A stretch of 64,000 nt of DNA, from positions 1 through 64,000 of IMG/VR virus record IMGVR_UViG_3300002132_000024, one strand, 5' to 3'. The DNA is from an uncultured virus (IMG/VR IMGVR_UViG_3300002132_000024) (taxonomy: Duplodnaviria; Heunggongvirae; Uroviricota; Caudoviricetes). The position numbers and the translations under genes are program-made. Of the stretch, positions 37,246-46,270 are shown one piece after another. Position 1 is the first letter of the stretch. Every line of letters begins with the position of its first letter. The notes under the pieces were generated by a model that was given only the letters and a program-made list of their open reading frames with translations, searched no databases and was not told the origin of the DNA.

Positions 37246-37983
37246 TTAGGCCGCTTGTGCTGGAATGATATATTTGTAAGTTGCTAGACCACTGTCTAAA
37301 GTAATCTGGATAGCACCTTCATTACTCAACGACATCTTAGTGTTATTAACATCGGCAATCTTAAGAATACTCAAGATCGGCATCACTGGCCAAGTCCAAC
37401 CACGATCCAACTTACCGTCAACACCCGTAGCAAATACAAACTCACCACCATGTGTGCTAGCATCACCAAAGATAAACTTTAAGTTGCCGCTATCTGTCTT
37501 AGCTAAGAACGTAGGATGTTCGTTGTTAGCGCCTGCTTGAAAGTTAAAGCGTTGTACTGAACTAACTGTAGGCTCAATCTCTACATCCCACTTAACACCA
37601 CGGAACTTGACAGTCTTCATCTTTTCGTTGATAATTTCTGTATTCATAAAACGGTAGTCGTTTTTAAAGTCGCCGTCTTTGTTTTCAAAGTGTAAACCCA
37701 CTGGCAATGTGTCGCCATTACGTTCTGCTGTAGTAATTGTAATCTTAGCGTTGTCTTTATACTCAGCGCCGTCTAGCAAATACTTCAACTTGTTAAGTTG
37801 CGGCATACCAAAGACACCGATCATATCTGGATACGGACCAGCAGTAGTAGCTTCCATAATAACAGAACGATCGTCTGCCATTGAGTTAATAGATGTACCG
37901 CTTTCTGTGCCTGTGACTTTAACTGTAGTTAAGAAGCCTAGGTTTTGTGTATGCGACACAATGTCTTGCAAAATATCTTTCAT
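37246..37983 (-). CDS. DNA polymerase sliding clamp (gp45/PCNA-like)
   Basis: 245 aa alpha/beta pattern ending YKYIIPA, directly downstream of the DNA polymerase. Confidence 0.6.
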   Translation of the reverse strand: MKDILQDIVSHTQNLGFLTTVKVTGTESGTSINSMADDRSVIMEATTAGPYPDMIGVFGMPQLNKLKYLLDGAEYKDNAKITITTAERNGDTLPVGLHFENKDGDFKNDYRFMNTEIINEKMKTVKFRGVKWDVEIEPTVSSVQRFNFQAGANNEHPTFLAKTDSGNLKFIFGDASTHGGEFVFATGVDGKLDRGWTWPVMPILSILKIADVNNTKMSLSNEGAIQITLDSGLATYKYIIPAQAA

Positions 37984-38007
37984 TTAGAAATCTCCATGTA
38001 TGTTAAT

Positions 38008-38036
38008 ATTATAATTGGACTTGATGTGAATGTCAA
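38008..38036 (-). promoter_or_regulatory. Perfect sigma70 promoter TTGACA-N17-TATAAT
   Basis: Hexamers at 38031-38036 and 38008-38013; GGAGA RBS downstream. Confidence 0.85.
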
Positions 38037-38044
38037 CCATGAAT

Positions 38045-40714
38045 TTACTCAAAGTCAAATAGTTTACCGAAGGTATTATCATTTCTTGTAGAACTGATAT
38101 CCCATTCTAGTACTCCAATCAAGTTTCCTAGCTTTTCATCAATGACAGCAGTTTCCATTTCTGCATCATTGAATGGTAAGTCTTTAAACCATTGCGGCAA
38201 CCGTAGTTCATCTACAGGGTATGCAACACTAGTATACCCCATTGGATTATCTTTGACCTTACAGACAATAACTTTAGCACCATCTATAATAGCCACAGAA
38301 TACTTGTCAGAGTTTAACCGTTTCAAAGTGTTCCAGTTCAAACTAGCACGGACATGCCCGGGCATGTTAGTCTTGCCTGCTTTCTTTTCTTTGTCTCGAT
38401 ACTCTGAAATCTTGTTTGCACGTTTAGGACTGCCTTTCTCCCAACCTGGACGAAGTTTAAACTCAGTTCTAAACTCAGTAATGTACTCTAGAATAGATTC
38501 TTTAGTCTCACCGTTTAGTACACGAGTCAATACTTCACTTAAAAAGTCTTGGATAACAACAGGGGTATCTGACCGCTTGAGATCGAGTCCCATTGCCTTG
38601 ATCTTTCCGCCGTGTCCTTCTTTGTCTGCTCGCTTACCTTCTTTGTCGTAGTAGAGAACTGCGTATCGCTTCTTGGTGATGAATAGTCCCTTGGAAGCAA
38701 CAATCTCGCGACCTGCCTTAATGACCTCTCCTCGAGTCTTGGGGCAGTGGAAAGCATCTTGCATAAATTTTGGGAATGTGTCATTTACAGTTTCTCCTAT
38801 AGTATCGTAAAGTTCAATTACACTCTCTCTTGTCCAAGGCAGTGCGCCCTTGTCAATTTCTTTTCTTAGCGTGGCATACGCTGAGAAATAACAGGAGTCT
38901 GTATCACCATAGATAATTGCTTTACCTGTGTGATCAAATTCGCCTGTGATAATTTCATTTACTTTTCCAGCCATGTGTTGTGCAATAGCACGACCAGTTA
39001 GTGTAGTTGATTGTCCAATACGGTTATCAAAGAATCTGCAACCAGCATTAAGGATAGCACCGTACAAACTATTCAAGTTAATCTTCTTAACTAACTGACG
39101 CTTGTCCCAATACTCTTCTTCAATCTTGTTGCCGGCAGCAATACATTCTTTGAGTTTTTTCTGCATGTCTTTACGTTCAGCATACCAACGCTTGAGCAAG
39201 CCAGGAATAATACCTTCCTTTTCGTAGGTAAAGATAGTACCGTTAGCACTAATCATCCAAGGTTGGTTGCTTTCAAATATCAAGTCGTATGCTTGTGCAG
39301 CACTTAATGTATCGCTTCCACCATCTTCCCAATCAATTGTAATATCTCGACTGACATTTCGTTCCATTACAGCAGTATATTCTAAACTTCCGAAGATACC
39401 TTCCCAAGCACCTGCGAATGACTTACCCTTGCCCATTTGAGCAGCAACAAAGTCGTTAGTACCATCTTGTCGCAACTGTCCAACAATAGTCTCTGGACCC
39501 ATGTTTAATGCACGAATCGCAGATGGATACAGTGAATTAATATCCAGTGAGCCAATCCACTCGTGAATTCCTTTCTTAGGAAACGCAACATATGCACCCG
39601 CAGCCTGTGTATCAACGTTCTCATCACGGCTAATACGATTAGGAACAATCATGCCACGCTTGTGAGCTTCGTTAATAATAGCCTGCTCGGTCACAGCCAC
39701 AGCACCCATGGTAGTCATTAGCAACACAGTACACTCATGTGCTAGTGTGTTAGCAAGATCCATAAACTTTAACTTCTTGTCAAGTTTCTCAAGAAGCATA
39801 GTATCCTGTCTGTTATATTCAATAAACTTTTTAAAGTCATTGTTGTATAACTGATCAAGTGAGCCTTCGTAGACGGTCTTGTTCTCACCTACTTCGATCT
39901 CACCAATAGCATCTAGTCGATAGCTGTGACGTTCTTCATAGGTGTACTTACGATACAAGTTCAAACTATCCAAGTGTACACGACCCACGAAGTCGTATGT
40001 AATAGCAGTCTTGCCGTACTTTTCGTATTCACGTTTCTTCGGCAACTGATTCCACAAGCAGAATCGTCTAGTATCTTCTTTGCTTAGAACTTTAGTGACA
40101 CGGTTAACAGTATACGGAATATCGAATCCTTCACTGTTCCAGCCACTTAGTACGTCTGCATCTTGAATTAAGTCTAAGAACGTATCTAACATATCTGCTT
40201 CGTTCTTAAAAAGCATTGTGTTGGGAAACTCTGCTACTTGCTTTTCAGCTTCTTCCATTGATAATGTCTTAGGAGGAATTGCTAAACATACCATAGTCTG
40301 CATCCATTGTAGGTAGACAGCGATAGCAGTAATTGGCATGAATGCATCTTCTGGTGAAGCATAGCCACGTTCTGGATCAAAGTCTACCTCAATGTCGAAC
40401 CATGCTACGTTTAGCTTGGGGGCATCTTGATTAAGATAGTTGTCTTCTAGACAACGGAATACAGGCTTAATGTCTGATTCATATAGTTTTTTGTTTGAAT
40501 AAATTGCAAGTTCTTTGCGGTGTTCTTTAACATTCCTAGAAGTCACTCTAGTTAATGGTTCACCTTTAATTGAAAGGAACTTGCCCTTGGGGTCTTTATA
40601 ATAAAAGATGTGTCTGGCAGGATAATCTTTATAATGCCTTTCACCTTTGTCATTGCGCTCGACGACACGTATAATGTCCTCGTCGCGATCATAGAATGCG
40701 TCAACGTAGCTCAT
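38045..40714 (-). CDS. Family B DNA polymerase
   Basis: FDIEVD exonuclease I, GWNSEGFDIPY, DINSLYPS, KINLNSLYG, YGDTDS, KKRYA. Confidence 0.97.
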   Translation of the reverse strand: MSYVDAFYDRDEDIIRVVERNDKGERHYKDYPARHIFYYKDPKGKFLSIKGEPLTRVTSRNVKEHRKELAIYSNKKLYESDIKPVFRCLEDNYLNQDAPKLNVAWFDIEVDFDPERGYASPEDAFMPITAIAVYLQWMQTMVCLAIPPKTLSMEEAEKQVAEFPNTMLFKNEADMLDTFLDLIQDADVLSGWNSEGFDIPYTVNRVTKVLSKEDTRRFCLWNQLPKKREYEKYGKTAITYDFVGRVHLDSLNLYRKYTYEERHSYRLDAIGEIEVGENKTVYEGSLDQLYNNDFKKFIEYNRQDTMLLEKLDKKLKFMDLANTLAHECTVLLMTTMGAVAVTEQAIINEAHKRGMIVPNRISRDENVDTQAAGAYVAFPKKGIHEWIGSLDINSLYPSAIRALNMGPETIVGQLRQDGTNDFVAAQMGKGKSFAGAWEGIFGSLEYTAVMERNVSRDITIDWEDGGSDTLSAAQAYDLIFESNQPWMISANGTIFTYEKEGIIPGLLKRWYAERKDMQKKLKECIAAGNKIEEEYWDKRQLVKKINLNSLYGAILNAGCRFFDNRIGQSTTLTGRAIAQHMAGKVNEIITGEFDHTGKAIIYGDTDSCYFSAYATLRKEIDKGALPWTRESVIELYDTIGETVNDTFPKFMQDAFHCPKTRGEVIKAGREIVASKGLFITKKRYAVLYYDKEGKRADKEGHGGKIKAMGLDLKRSDTPVVIQDFLSEVLTRVLNGETKESILEYITEFRTEFKLRPGWEKGSPKRANKISEYRDKEKKAGKTNMPGHVRASLNWNTLKRLNSDKYSVAIIDGAKVIVCKVKDNPMGYTSVAYPVDELRLPQWFKDLPFNDAEMETAVIDEKLGNLIGVLEWDISSTRNDNTFGKLFDFE

Positions 40715-40726
40715 ATTTCTCCTTTA

Positions 40727-40774
40727 TGCGAATTGCGGCTCGCAAATACCAATACAATCAATTGTGGCTGATCA
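40727..40774 (-). promoter_or_regulatory. Tandem hairpins with GCCRCAAU loops before the polymerase RBS (putative translational operator)
   Basis: UGCGA-GCCGCAAU-UCGCA and UGAUCA-GCCACAAU-UGAUUG. Confidence 0.55.
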
Positions 40775-40784
40775 AACCTTTCTC

Positions 40785-41075
40785 TTACATACTTATCAAG
40801 CGAATCAATGCTATAATATCAATAGTGACTAGCAGTAAGTAGTTAGCAACCATTCCTGTACTTTTACGAGTCCAAGCAGCCCATCCAAATACAGCACATT
40901 GCATAATAAACAACGGATATAAAATTAGAAACGGAGGATTAGGTAAAGTTAATCCCATCCACACTGCGCAAACAATGCTCATAAACCAAGCTGAGATTTC
41001 TAAAATAAACCTTAGCGGCCATTCTTTGTAATCTCGTTTAGCCCAACGATATGTTCCAGAAAATAGTTCTATCAT
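40785..41075 (-). CDS. Small membrane protein
   Basis: Three hydrophobic segments. Confidence 0.65.
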   Translation of the reverse strand: MIELFSGTYRWAKRDYKEWPLRFILEISAWFMSIVCAVWMGLTLPNPPFLILYPLFIMQCAVFGWAAWTRKSTGMVANYLLLVTIDIIALIRLISM

Positions 41076-41338
41076 TCAGACTCTGGAAGATTCTTAGTGA
41101 CACCTAGAATCATTTCAATTTCGTTCCACTCTTCTTCATGCGATGCCCAATTGTCCTTACGGGCAATTCTAATTGCTTTGTTAATCCAGCTAGGTTTAAT
41201 TTGAAGTTCTTCGGCAACTGCTTTAACAGTTTCTTTAAGACCTTCAGTTAGGTCTTCAACTTCTCGCAATACATTAGAACCCTCGTTAATAAGTCGTTCC
41301 AACTTTGCTTTTTCTTCAGGTCCGTACATCTTTGCCAT
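41072..41338 (-). CDS. dsDNA-binding protein (T4 DsbA/GapR-like)
   Basis: Helical; LKETVKAVAEELQIKPSWINKAIRIA. Confidence 0.55.
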   Translation of the reverse strand: MAKMYGPEEKAKLERLINEGSNVLREVEDLTEGLKETVKAVAEELQIKPSWINKAIRIARKDNWASHEEEWNEIEMILGVTKNLPESE

Positions 41339-41365
41339 ATAATAATCTCCTTAGGGTTAATCTAT

Positions 41366-41394
41366 ATTATACAGCCATAAAAAAAGCCAGTCAA
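41366..41394 (-). promoter_or_regulatory. sigma70 promoter TTGACT-N17-TATAAT
   Basis: -35 at 41389-41394 inside the terminator hairpin, -10 at 41366-41371. Confidence 0.75.
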
Positions 41395-41411
41395 CCTATG
41401 ACTGGCTTTTT
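41379..41411. terminator. Bidirectional intrinsic terminator
   Basis: AAAAAAAGCCAGTCA-ACCTA-TGACTGGCTTTTT. Confidence 0.85.
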
Positions 41412-41428
41412 ATTAGTAATTGGAGGAA

Positions 41429-42469
41429 TTACTTTGAGTCTTCGCTTAGTACATCGTACATTTCAAATACGCCACCGTTGCGCTCGTAGATCAAACCTGC
41501 AAACAATTCTGCTTTCATGCCTTCACCTAATTTAGATTTAGCAACACGCTCGGCCCAGTTGAACAATGCTTTGTCCATTGGATCGATTTGTTGTTGGCCA
41601 CCGCTTTCTTGTACTAGTTGAATCATTTGTTTGAAAGATAGTTTTTGTTCTACGCTTTCTTTAACTGGACGCTTTTTACCTTTTGGCATCATTGCACTTT
41701 CAGTTTTCTTAGCAAATGGGTTAACACCTTTCTTAGGACCTGCTTTTTTATCAGCAACTGCTTTCTTCATTGGCTCTTTCTTGTCGCCGTCTTTGTCCAT
41801 GTCTAGGAAGTCTGGCTTAGCCCCTTCTTCCAATTTGCTTTTGCAATCAGAAATCATCTGTTTTAATTCTTTTTGGTTGCAATCGGGATGCATTTTACAA
41901 ATTTCTGCTACAGATTTTCCATCCTGGCACATTTTCTTAATGTGTGCCATTGATGGTAATTTGCCGTCAGCTTCTTTCTTACTTTCTTTAACAGACTCAT
42001 CTTTCTTGTCATCCCAAGGAGCTTTCTTAAGTGAAACTTTCTCTTTAGGTTGTGCTTTGGCAGTGGATAGAGCAGCTTGACCTTTTTTGCTTTTTACCAT
42101 GTCCATGAACTTAGAACGAGCAGCTTTTTGTGCATCGGAACTTTCTTTAACTGCTTCGTCTTTCTTCTTTTCGTCTTTTTCAGCAGCTTTACCACTGTAG
42201 TTCTTGCCCGCAGTGTGCTTAATTCCTGTAGCAGTTTTTTCAATAGTGCCACCAGTAGCAGACTTTTTCTTATCTCCCACTTTCATTTCTTCAGCAACTT
42301 CTTCATCGGCTTTTTTCTTAGCTTCAGCAACGTAAGTAGTACGTCCGCTTAAAACACGTAATTGAGCGTCTTCGTTAAGCTGTACAGCTTTATCTAATTG
42401 CGGCGCAGCTGGTGTCGATTTTGGCGCTTCCATACTGTCTAATTTGTTAAGTAATGACTTGAAGTTCAT
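41429..42469 (-). CDS. Lys-rich modular late protein (putative internal head protein)
   Basis: Repeated VKE/VAE/LEE sites; DMDKDGD EF-hand-like motif; GATAAATA upstream. Confidence 0.65.
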   Translation of the reverse strand: MNFKSLLNKLDSMEAPKSTPAAPQLDKAVQLNEDAQLRVLSGRTTYVAEAKKKADEEVAEEMKVGDKKKSATGGTIEKTATGIKHTAGKNYSGKAAEKDEKKKDEAVKESSDAQKAARSKFMDMVKSKKGQAALSTAKAQPKEKVSLKKAPWDDKKDESVKESKKEADGKLPSMAHIKKMCQDGKSVAEICKMHPDCNQKELKQMISDCKSKLEEGAKPDFLDMDKDGDKKEPMKKAVADKKAGPKKGVNPFAKKTESAMMPKGKKRPVKESVEQKLSFKQMIQLVQESGGQQQIDPMDKALFNWAERVAKSKLGEGMKAELFAGLIYERNGGVFEMYDVLSEDSK

Positions 42470-42495
42470 TTTTTGATTCCTAATGGTCTATAATG

Positions 42496-42501
42496 TATTT
42501 A
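42496..42501 (-). promoter_or_regulatory. Late promoter GATAAATA
   Basis: Upstream of 42469. Confidence 0.55.
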
Positions 42502-42732
42502 TCTTTTGATAATATTACCTTGCCCTGTCATGAGGCCGGTTTTGCTGTTAAGTGCGTTATCTGTTGGCTTTTGCATCTTCACTTTACCTTGTTTAGGTGC
42601 TTTTGTTCCAGGCTTGCCAGGTGAGCCTGTGTATGATTTATCAGCTTTAAAGGCAGCGACAGGTCCCGTTGCAATATTGCCTGCGGACGTTGCACCTGTT
42701 GTAGCTGTTTCTAATAATTCATGTATTCTCAT
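42499..42732 (-). CDS. Small putative internal head protein
   Basis: N-terminal MRIHELLE; TAAATA at 42740-42745. Confidence 0.6.
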   Translation of the reverse strand: MRIHELLETATTGATSAGNIATGPVAAFKADKSYTGSPGKPGTKAPKQGKVKMQKPTDNALNSKTGLMTGQGNIIKR

Positions 42733-42747
42733 AGTGTATTATTTATA

Positions 42748-42900
42748 TTATCCGTGTTCAAATCTTGCTTGTGATTGCGGTACATAGTCTTTACGTTCTG
42801 CATGTTGTTGCCAATAAGCATTGCGCTCATTGGTACTTGCTCTACGTGCTTCGTGCTCTTTATATTTTTTTATATAATGAATTAGATCTGCTTGAGTCAT
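42748..42900 (-). CDS. 50-aa hypothetical protein (absent from the ORF track)
   Basis: MTQADLIHYIKKYKEHEARR...FEHG; ATGA overlap fills the gap exactly. Confidence 0.55.
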   Translation of the reverse strand: MTQADLIHYIKKYKEHEARRASTNERNAYWQQHAERKDYVPQSQARFEHG

Positions 42901-43097
42901 TTTTTCTTAGCTTTTCCTGCTTTCATATTAGCAAGCCAGTGTGCCATCCTTTGCTTTTCACCACTTGAACTTTTAGCAGTCTTTCTTAAACTGCCAACAC
43001 TTGCTTTAGTATTTACACCACTGCGTTTTGCTAGACCCTTACGGCCTGGCTTCTTACCATCCGCAAAGTTTTCGGTAATAAACTCATGAGCTTTCAT
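42897..43097 (-). CDS. Small basic putative internal head protein
   Basis: MKAHEFITE followed by a basic domain. Confidence 0.65.
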   Translation of the reverse strand: MKAHEFITENFADGKKPGRKGLAKRSGVNTKASVGSLRKTAKSSSGEKQRMAHWLANMKAGKAKKK

Positions 43098-44062
43098 CTC
43101 ATAGCTACCTGCATATAATTATTGAAGTTATCTTTACGATCAGCTAGACCGTTCATTCTAGGATTAATAGGCTTAGTGACTGCTTCAACATCTTTGAAGT
43201 TATCTACTCTCGGCTGTACACGATGTTGCCAAAACCATACTGCAATCTTAGCAGCAACTTCTGGTTTTTCTGCTAGTTCGGGATTCTTGATTAAATCCAT
43301 ACCGATCGCTTTACCTGCAATGCCGTAGTTGTAGCGACCTGTGATTTGTATAAAGCCTCTGCCTTTGAATCTAGCACCATCACCTACTTTGGTGTTGCCC
43401 AGTGTTTTAGCTTTCTTAGGAGCATACTTGGGATCATACTTACGGAAGTCTAAACTGCCACCGTATTCTACCATAGTCTTAAAGTCATGCGACTCGTGTG
43501 CGCACTGTGCTAAGAACGCAGCAAGCTCTGTACTTTTAATGCCAGCAGCTCTTGCAGTTTTCATTAGCAGTGCTTCTGCAGGTGTGCCTGTAGCACTAAC
43601 AATTTTAGGTTGGCCTAGGTCTTTTGGACGAGACTTTGGTTTAATGCTAGTCTTGGGAGCAAGTTTAGACTGCTGTTTAATTTGTTGTTGTTCTTGTTTT
43701 ATCTCGCCGATTAGTTTTTCAATGGCGGGCTGTTCTAGTTTAGCCTGCTGTACAATTTCAATCTTTGTTGCAGTAGGAATAGTTGGACTAGTTAGAGCTT
43801 GCTTAATAGTTAAACCGCCCATTGCACCACCTGCTATAGCAGCACTGATGCCTAAATTTATTAAAGTATCTTTAATGCCTTCGTCAAACTCGATGCTTTC
43901 GCCACCACCGCCTCCGTCGCCACCTGCAGCGGCCCCACTACCATCTCCGCTGTATCCTGTAGCAAAGCCGTAGCCGCCGTAAGGACCTGGACCCCATGCA
44001 GCACCGCGAGCCTTACGCTTTTTGCGTTTTTTCTTTTCTATTACAAATTCACTAGATTTCAT
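43094..44062 (-). CDS. GH19 lysozyme/chitinase-like protein with processed N-terminal extension
   Basis: AAFLAQCAHES, FKGRGFIQITGRYNY, AVWFW; N-terminal MKSSEFVIE. Confidence 0.8.
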   Translation of the reverse strand: MKSSEFVIEKKKRKKRKARGAAWGPGPYGGYGFATGYSGDGSGAAAGGDGGGGGESIEFDEGIKDTLINLGISAAIAGGAMGGLTIKQALTSPTIPTATKIEIVQQAKLEQPAIEKLIGEIKQEQQQIKQQSKLAPKTSIKPKSRPKDLGQPKIVSATGTPAEALLMKTARAAGIKSTELAAFLAQCAHESHDFKTMVEYGGSLDFRKYDPKYAPKKAKTLGNTKVGDGARFKGRGFIQITGRYNYGIAGKAIGMDLIKNPELAEKPEVAAKIAVWFWQHRVQPRVDNFKDVEAVTKPINPRMNGLADRKDNFNNYMQVAMR

Positions 44063-44262
44063 ACAGGCTTCTCTCCTGTTAGATATGGCTTGCTAAACCA
44101 CAACTTAAACCATTCGGGCGTTCCGGGCTTGATGTTGTGCTTTTTCATTAACTCGCCTTTTTCGTTTCCAGTGACGCTAATATTACTACCGCCGTAGGGC
44201 TGTAGACCTTTAAACTCAGTAATGCCTGCTAGGCGTCTAATATCAGCAAGTTCGTCTATCAT
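44059..44262 (-). CDS. Hypothetical late protein
   Basis: IRRLAGITE, IKPGTPEWFKLWF. Confidence 0.6.
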   Translation of the reverse strand: MIDELADIRRLAGITEFKGLQPYGGSNISVTGNEKGELMKKHNIKPGTPEWFKLWFSKPYLTGEKPV

Positions 44263-45935
44263 TTTGTTGCCGGTTCACCAGTAATATGTACTTCCCACTT
44301 CTTGCCAGACTCTTGAGACTTACGTTGCGCCATAGCTTGCAATCTAGCAAACTCTCTACGCTCTTCCGGACTATCTGCATATGCACCTGCTGGCCCTGGA
44401 AGTACTTTCCATTTCTTACCATTAATGTATACTGCAAAATTATTACCTGGCTCAGTATTACCTTCGTCCCAATCTTCTGGATCTCTTACTCTTTCCGCCA
44501 CACCTTGCTCTCCAAATCTTGTTCGATAAGAATTAGAGGATGTACTGTTTCTGCTTCCAATAACTTTATGTCCTTCGCCTGCAAGCATCAAGTCATACAT
44601 CATTCTAATAACGGCTGACGGGTTTTTAAGAGTATCAATATGATTGTAGAACCATCTAATTTTTTCCGCCTTCATTCTACGAGCAGGCTTGCCCTTGACC
44701 AATTCTTTAGCCTGTGCCTTAAGTGTTTCAAGATCTCGAATTCTTTCTAATTTTTTAATATCATCAATTGTAAAGTTATCTTCTTTTCCGTCGTTGGGGC
44801 CTTCTGCTATACTTTCTTCTTTAGTTCTATCAAACTTAGTTTTATATAGATACTCCATTACGGAGTATAACACAGTTGCAATTTGATTTCCGAATCTTGC
44901 ATTACTACCTGAACCTGGGGTCATTTCCATGCCTTTTGCTTCTTTACGTAGGTCCATCATTGCATCAATTGCAGCCATTGCATTTTTGTCAACGTCTCTA
45001 AAGCCTTTAGTCCTTGCTTCAATAAAACTGTATACGTCCCAAACATCGTTAGCATATTCGTTTGCTAAGTTGCCTTTATAACTGCCTTGGCCTCGTTCGA
45101 TCGACTTACCAATCTTACGTAGATTAGCTAACACTTCAACAGCATCATTGCTAGTGTTAATGTATGCTTCATCTAAACTAATGCCTTCCATAGGAATCTG
45201 TTTAGCTTTATGCTTAAGGTCACCTTGCTTCTCTGCCTTCTTTTTATCTCTATGTGCGCCAGCGCCGCCCATCTTAGCGTTCTTTGCCACAAAGTTTCTT
45301 GGCTTAACTTCAAATTCTTTAGCTCTCATAGTATTTTCCTCTACGCTGTCGCTAATACCCAATCCTTTGCGTACAGCGTCAAACAACGGTTTAGCTAACT
45401 CGCCTGCACCTGTATGTTCTGCAAATTTTTTCAAGTCGTTGTTAGCAGCATCTTCTCTAGCAAGAGTTCCACTAATACCAGCAACGCCTTCAGCCCCGTC
45501 TTCTCTTTCACCACTTGACTTAAAGTCTAGTACATCAAACTTATAGTATCCGTGACTCTTGCCTTCCACACCATTATAATCTTTTAATAGCTTACTCATA
45601 TCGTCTATGCGATCGCTACCCGCTACAAACGTAGCATCTCTGTAGCCACGCTCATAAAGATAGGTAGCAACTTTTACAATAGTGTTGAGACTAGTGTCTT
45701 GAACAATACTCTCTGCATACTGTGGAAATAGTTTTCTTAAAAAGTTTACTTTAGTAGGATAATCTAATGGATTCTTTTTCTTATCTTGGCTCATGCTGGT
45801 GAAGATTCGCATCTCACCACCTTGGCTTTTCATAGTTTTGAAAACCTGGTCGTGACCTAGTGTTGGTGGATTAAATCTACCAAAGCAAAATGTGACATGC
45901 TTGCTGCCACCTTCAAATAGTTCTCTTAACAGCAT
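44259..45935 (-). CDS. Cytidyltransferase-like (HUP fold) domain fused to several small modules
   Basis: FGRFNPPTLGH, KNPL, VAGSDR, ISGTLAR; N-terminal MLLRELFE. Confidence 0.7.
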   Translation of the reverse strand: MLLRELFEGGSKHVTFCFGRFNPPTLGHDQVFKTMKSQGGEMRIFTSMSQDKKKNPLDYPTKVNFLRKLFPQYAESIVQDTSLNTIVKVATYLYERGYRDATFVAGSDRIDDMSKLLKDYNGVEGKSHGYYKFDVLDFKSSGEREDGAEGVAGISGTLAREDAANNDLKKFAEHTGAGELAKPLFDAVRKGLGISDSVEENTMRAKEFEVKPRNFVAKNAKMGGAGAHRDKKKAEKQGDLKHKAKQIPMEGISLDEAYINTSNDAVEVLANLRKIGKSIERGQGSYKGNLANEYANDVWDVYSFIEARTKGFRDVDKNAMAAIDAMMDLRKEAKGMEMTPGSGSNARFGNQIATVLYSVMEYLYKTKFDRTKEESIAEGPNDGKEDNFTIDDIKKLERIRDLETLKAQAKELVKGKPARRMKAEKIRWFYNHIDTLKNPSAVIRMMYDLMLAGEGHKVIGSRNSTSSNSYRTRFGEQGVAERVRDPEDWDEGNTEPGNNFAVYINGKKWKVLPGPAGAYADSPEERREFARLQAMAQRKSQESGKKWEVHITGEPATK

Positions 45936-46270
45936 TATTCGTAATCGCCTTTACCAATAAACTTTTCTTGATCTTCAGCGAAGTGCCTAGCAAGGTCTAT
46001 TAGTTTTTCTTTAGGAAACTTTTTTTCACGGTCGTCAATGTCATATTTTTGACAGTAATGATCTAGGCAATGTTCGATAGGTCTAATATAAACCTTGAAT
46101 GCATTGGGATTTCCCTTGTGTTCTTTATGTCGCTTTACTGCTGGAAAGAAATATCGATTTAACATTTTATCATCGTTGTCGATATAAAACTTTAAATCGT
46201 CGAGCCAGTTTATTTCTTCGGTCTCATCTTTAGGTGCGCCAATAGGCGAAAACATTTCACGTAATAGCAT
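45935..46270 (-). CDS. Hypothetical late protein
   Basis: N-terminal MLLREMF; TAATG coupling. Confidence 0.65.
   Translation of the reverse strand: MLLREMFSPIGAPKDETEEINWLDDLKFYIDNDDKMLNRYFFPAVKRHKEHKGNPNAFKVYIRPIEHCLDHYCQKYDIDDREKKFPKEKLIDLARHFAEDQEKFIGKGDYE

Noticed and set aside
38045..40714. Intein or intron in the DNA polymerase, clamp loader or ClpA
   Set aside because: Ordinary lengths, continuous motifs, no splice-junction or homing endonuclease motifs
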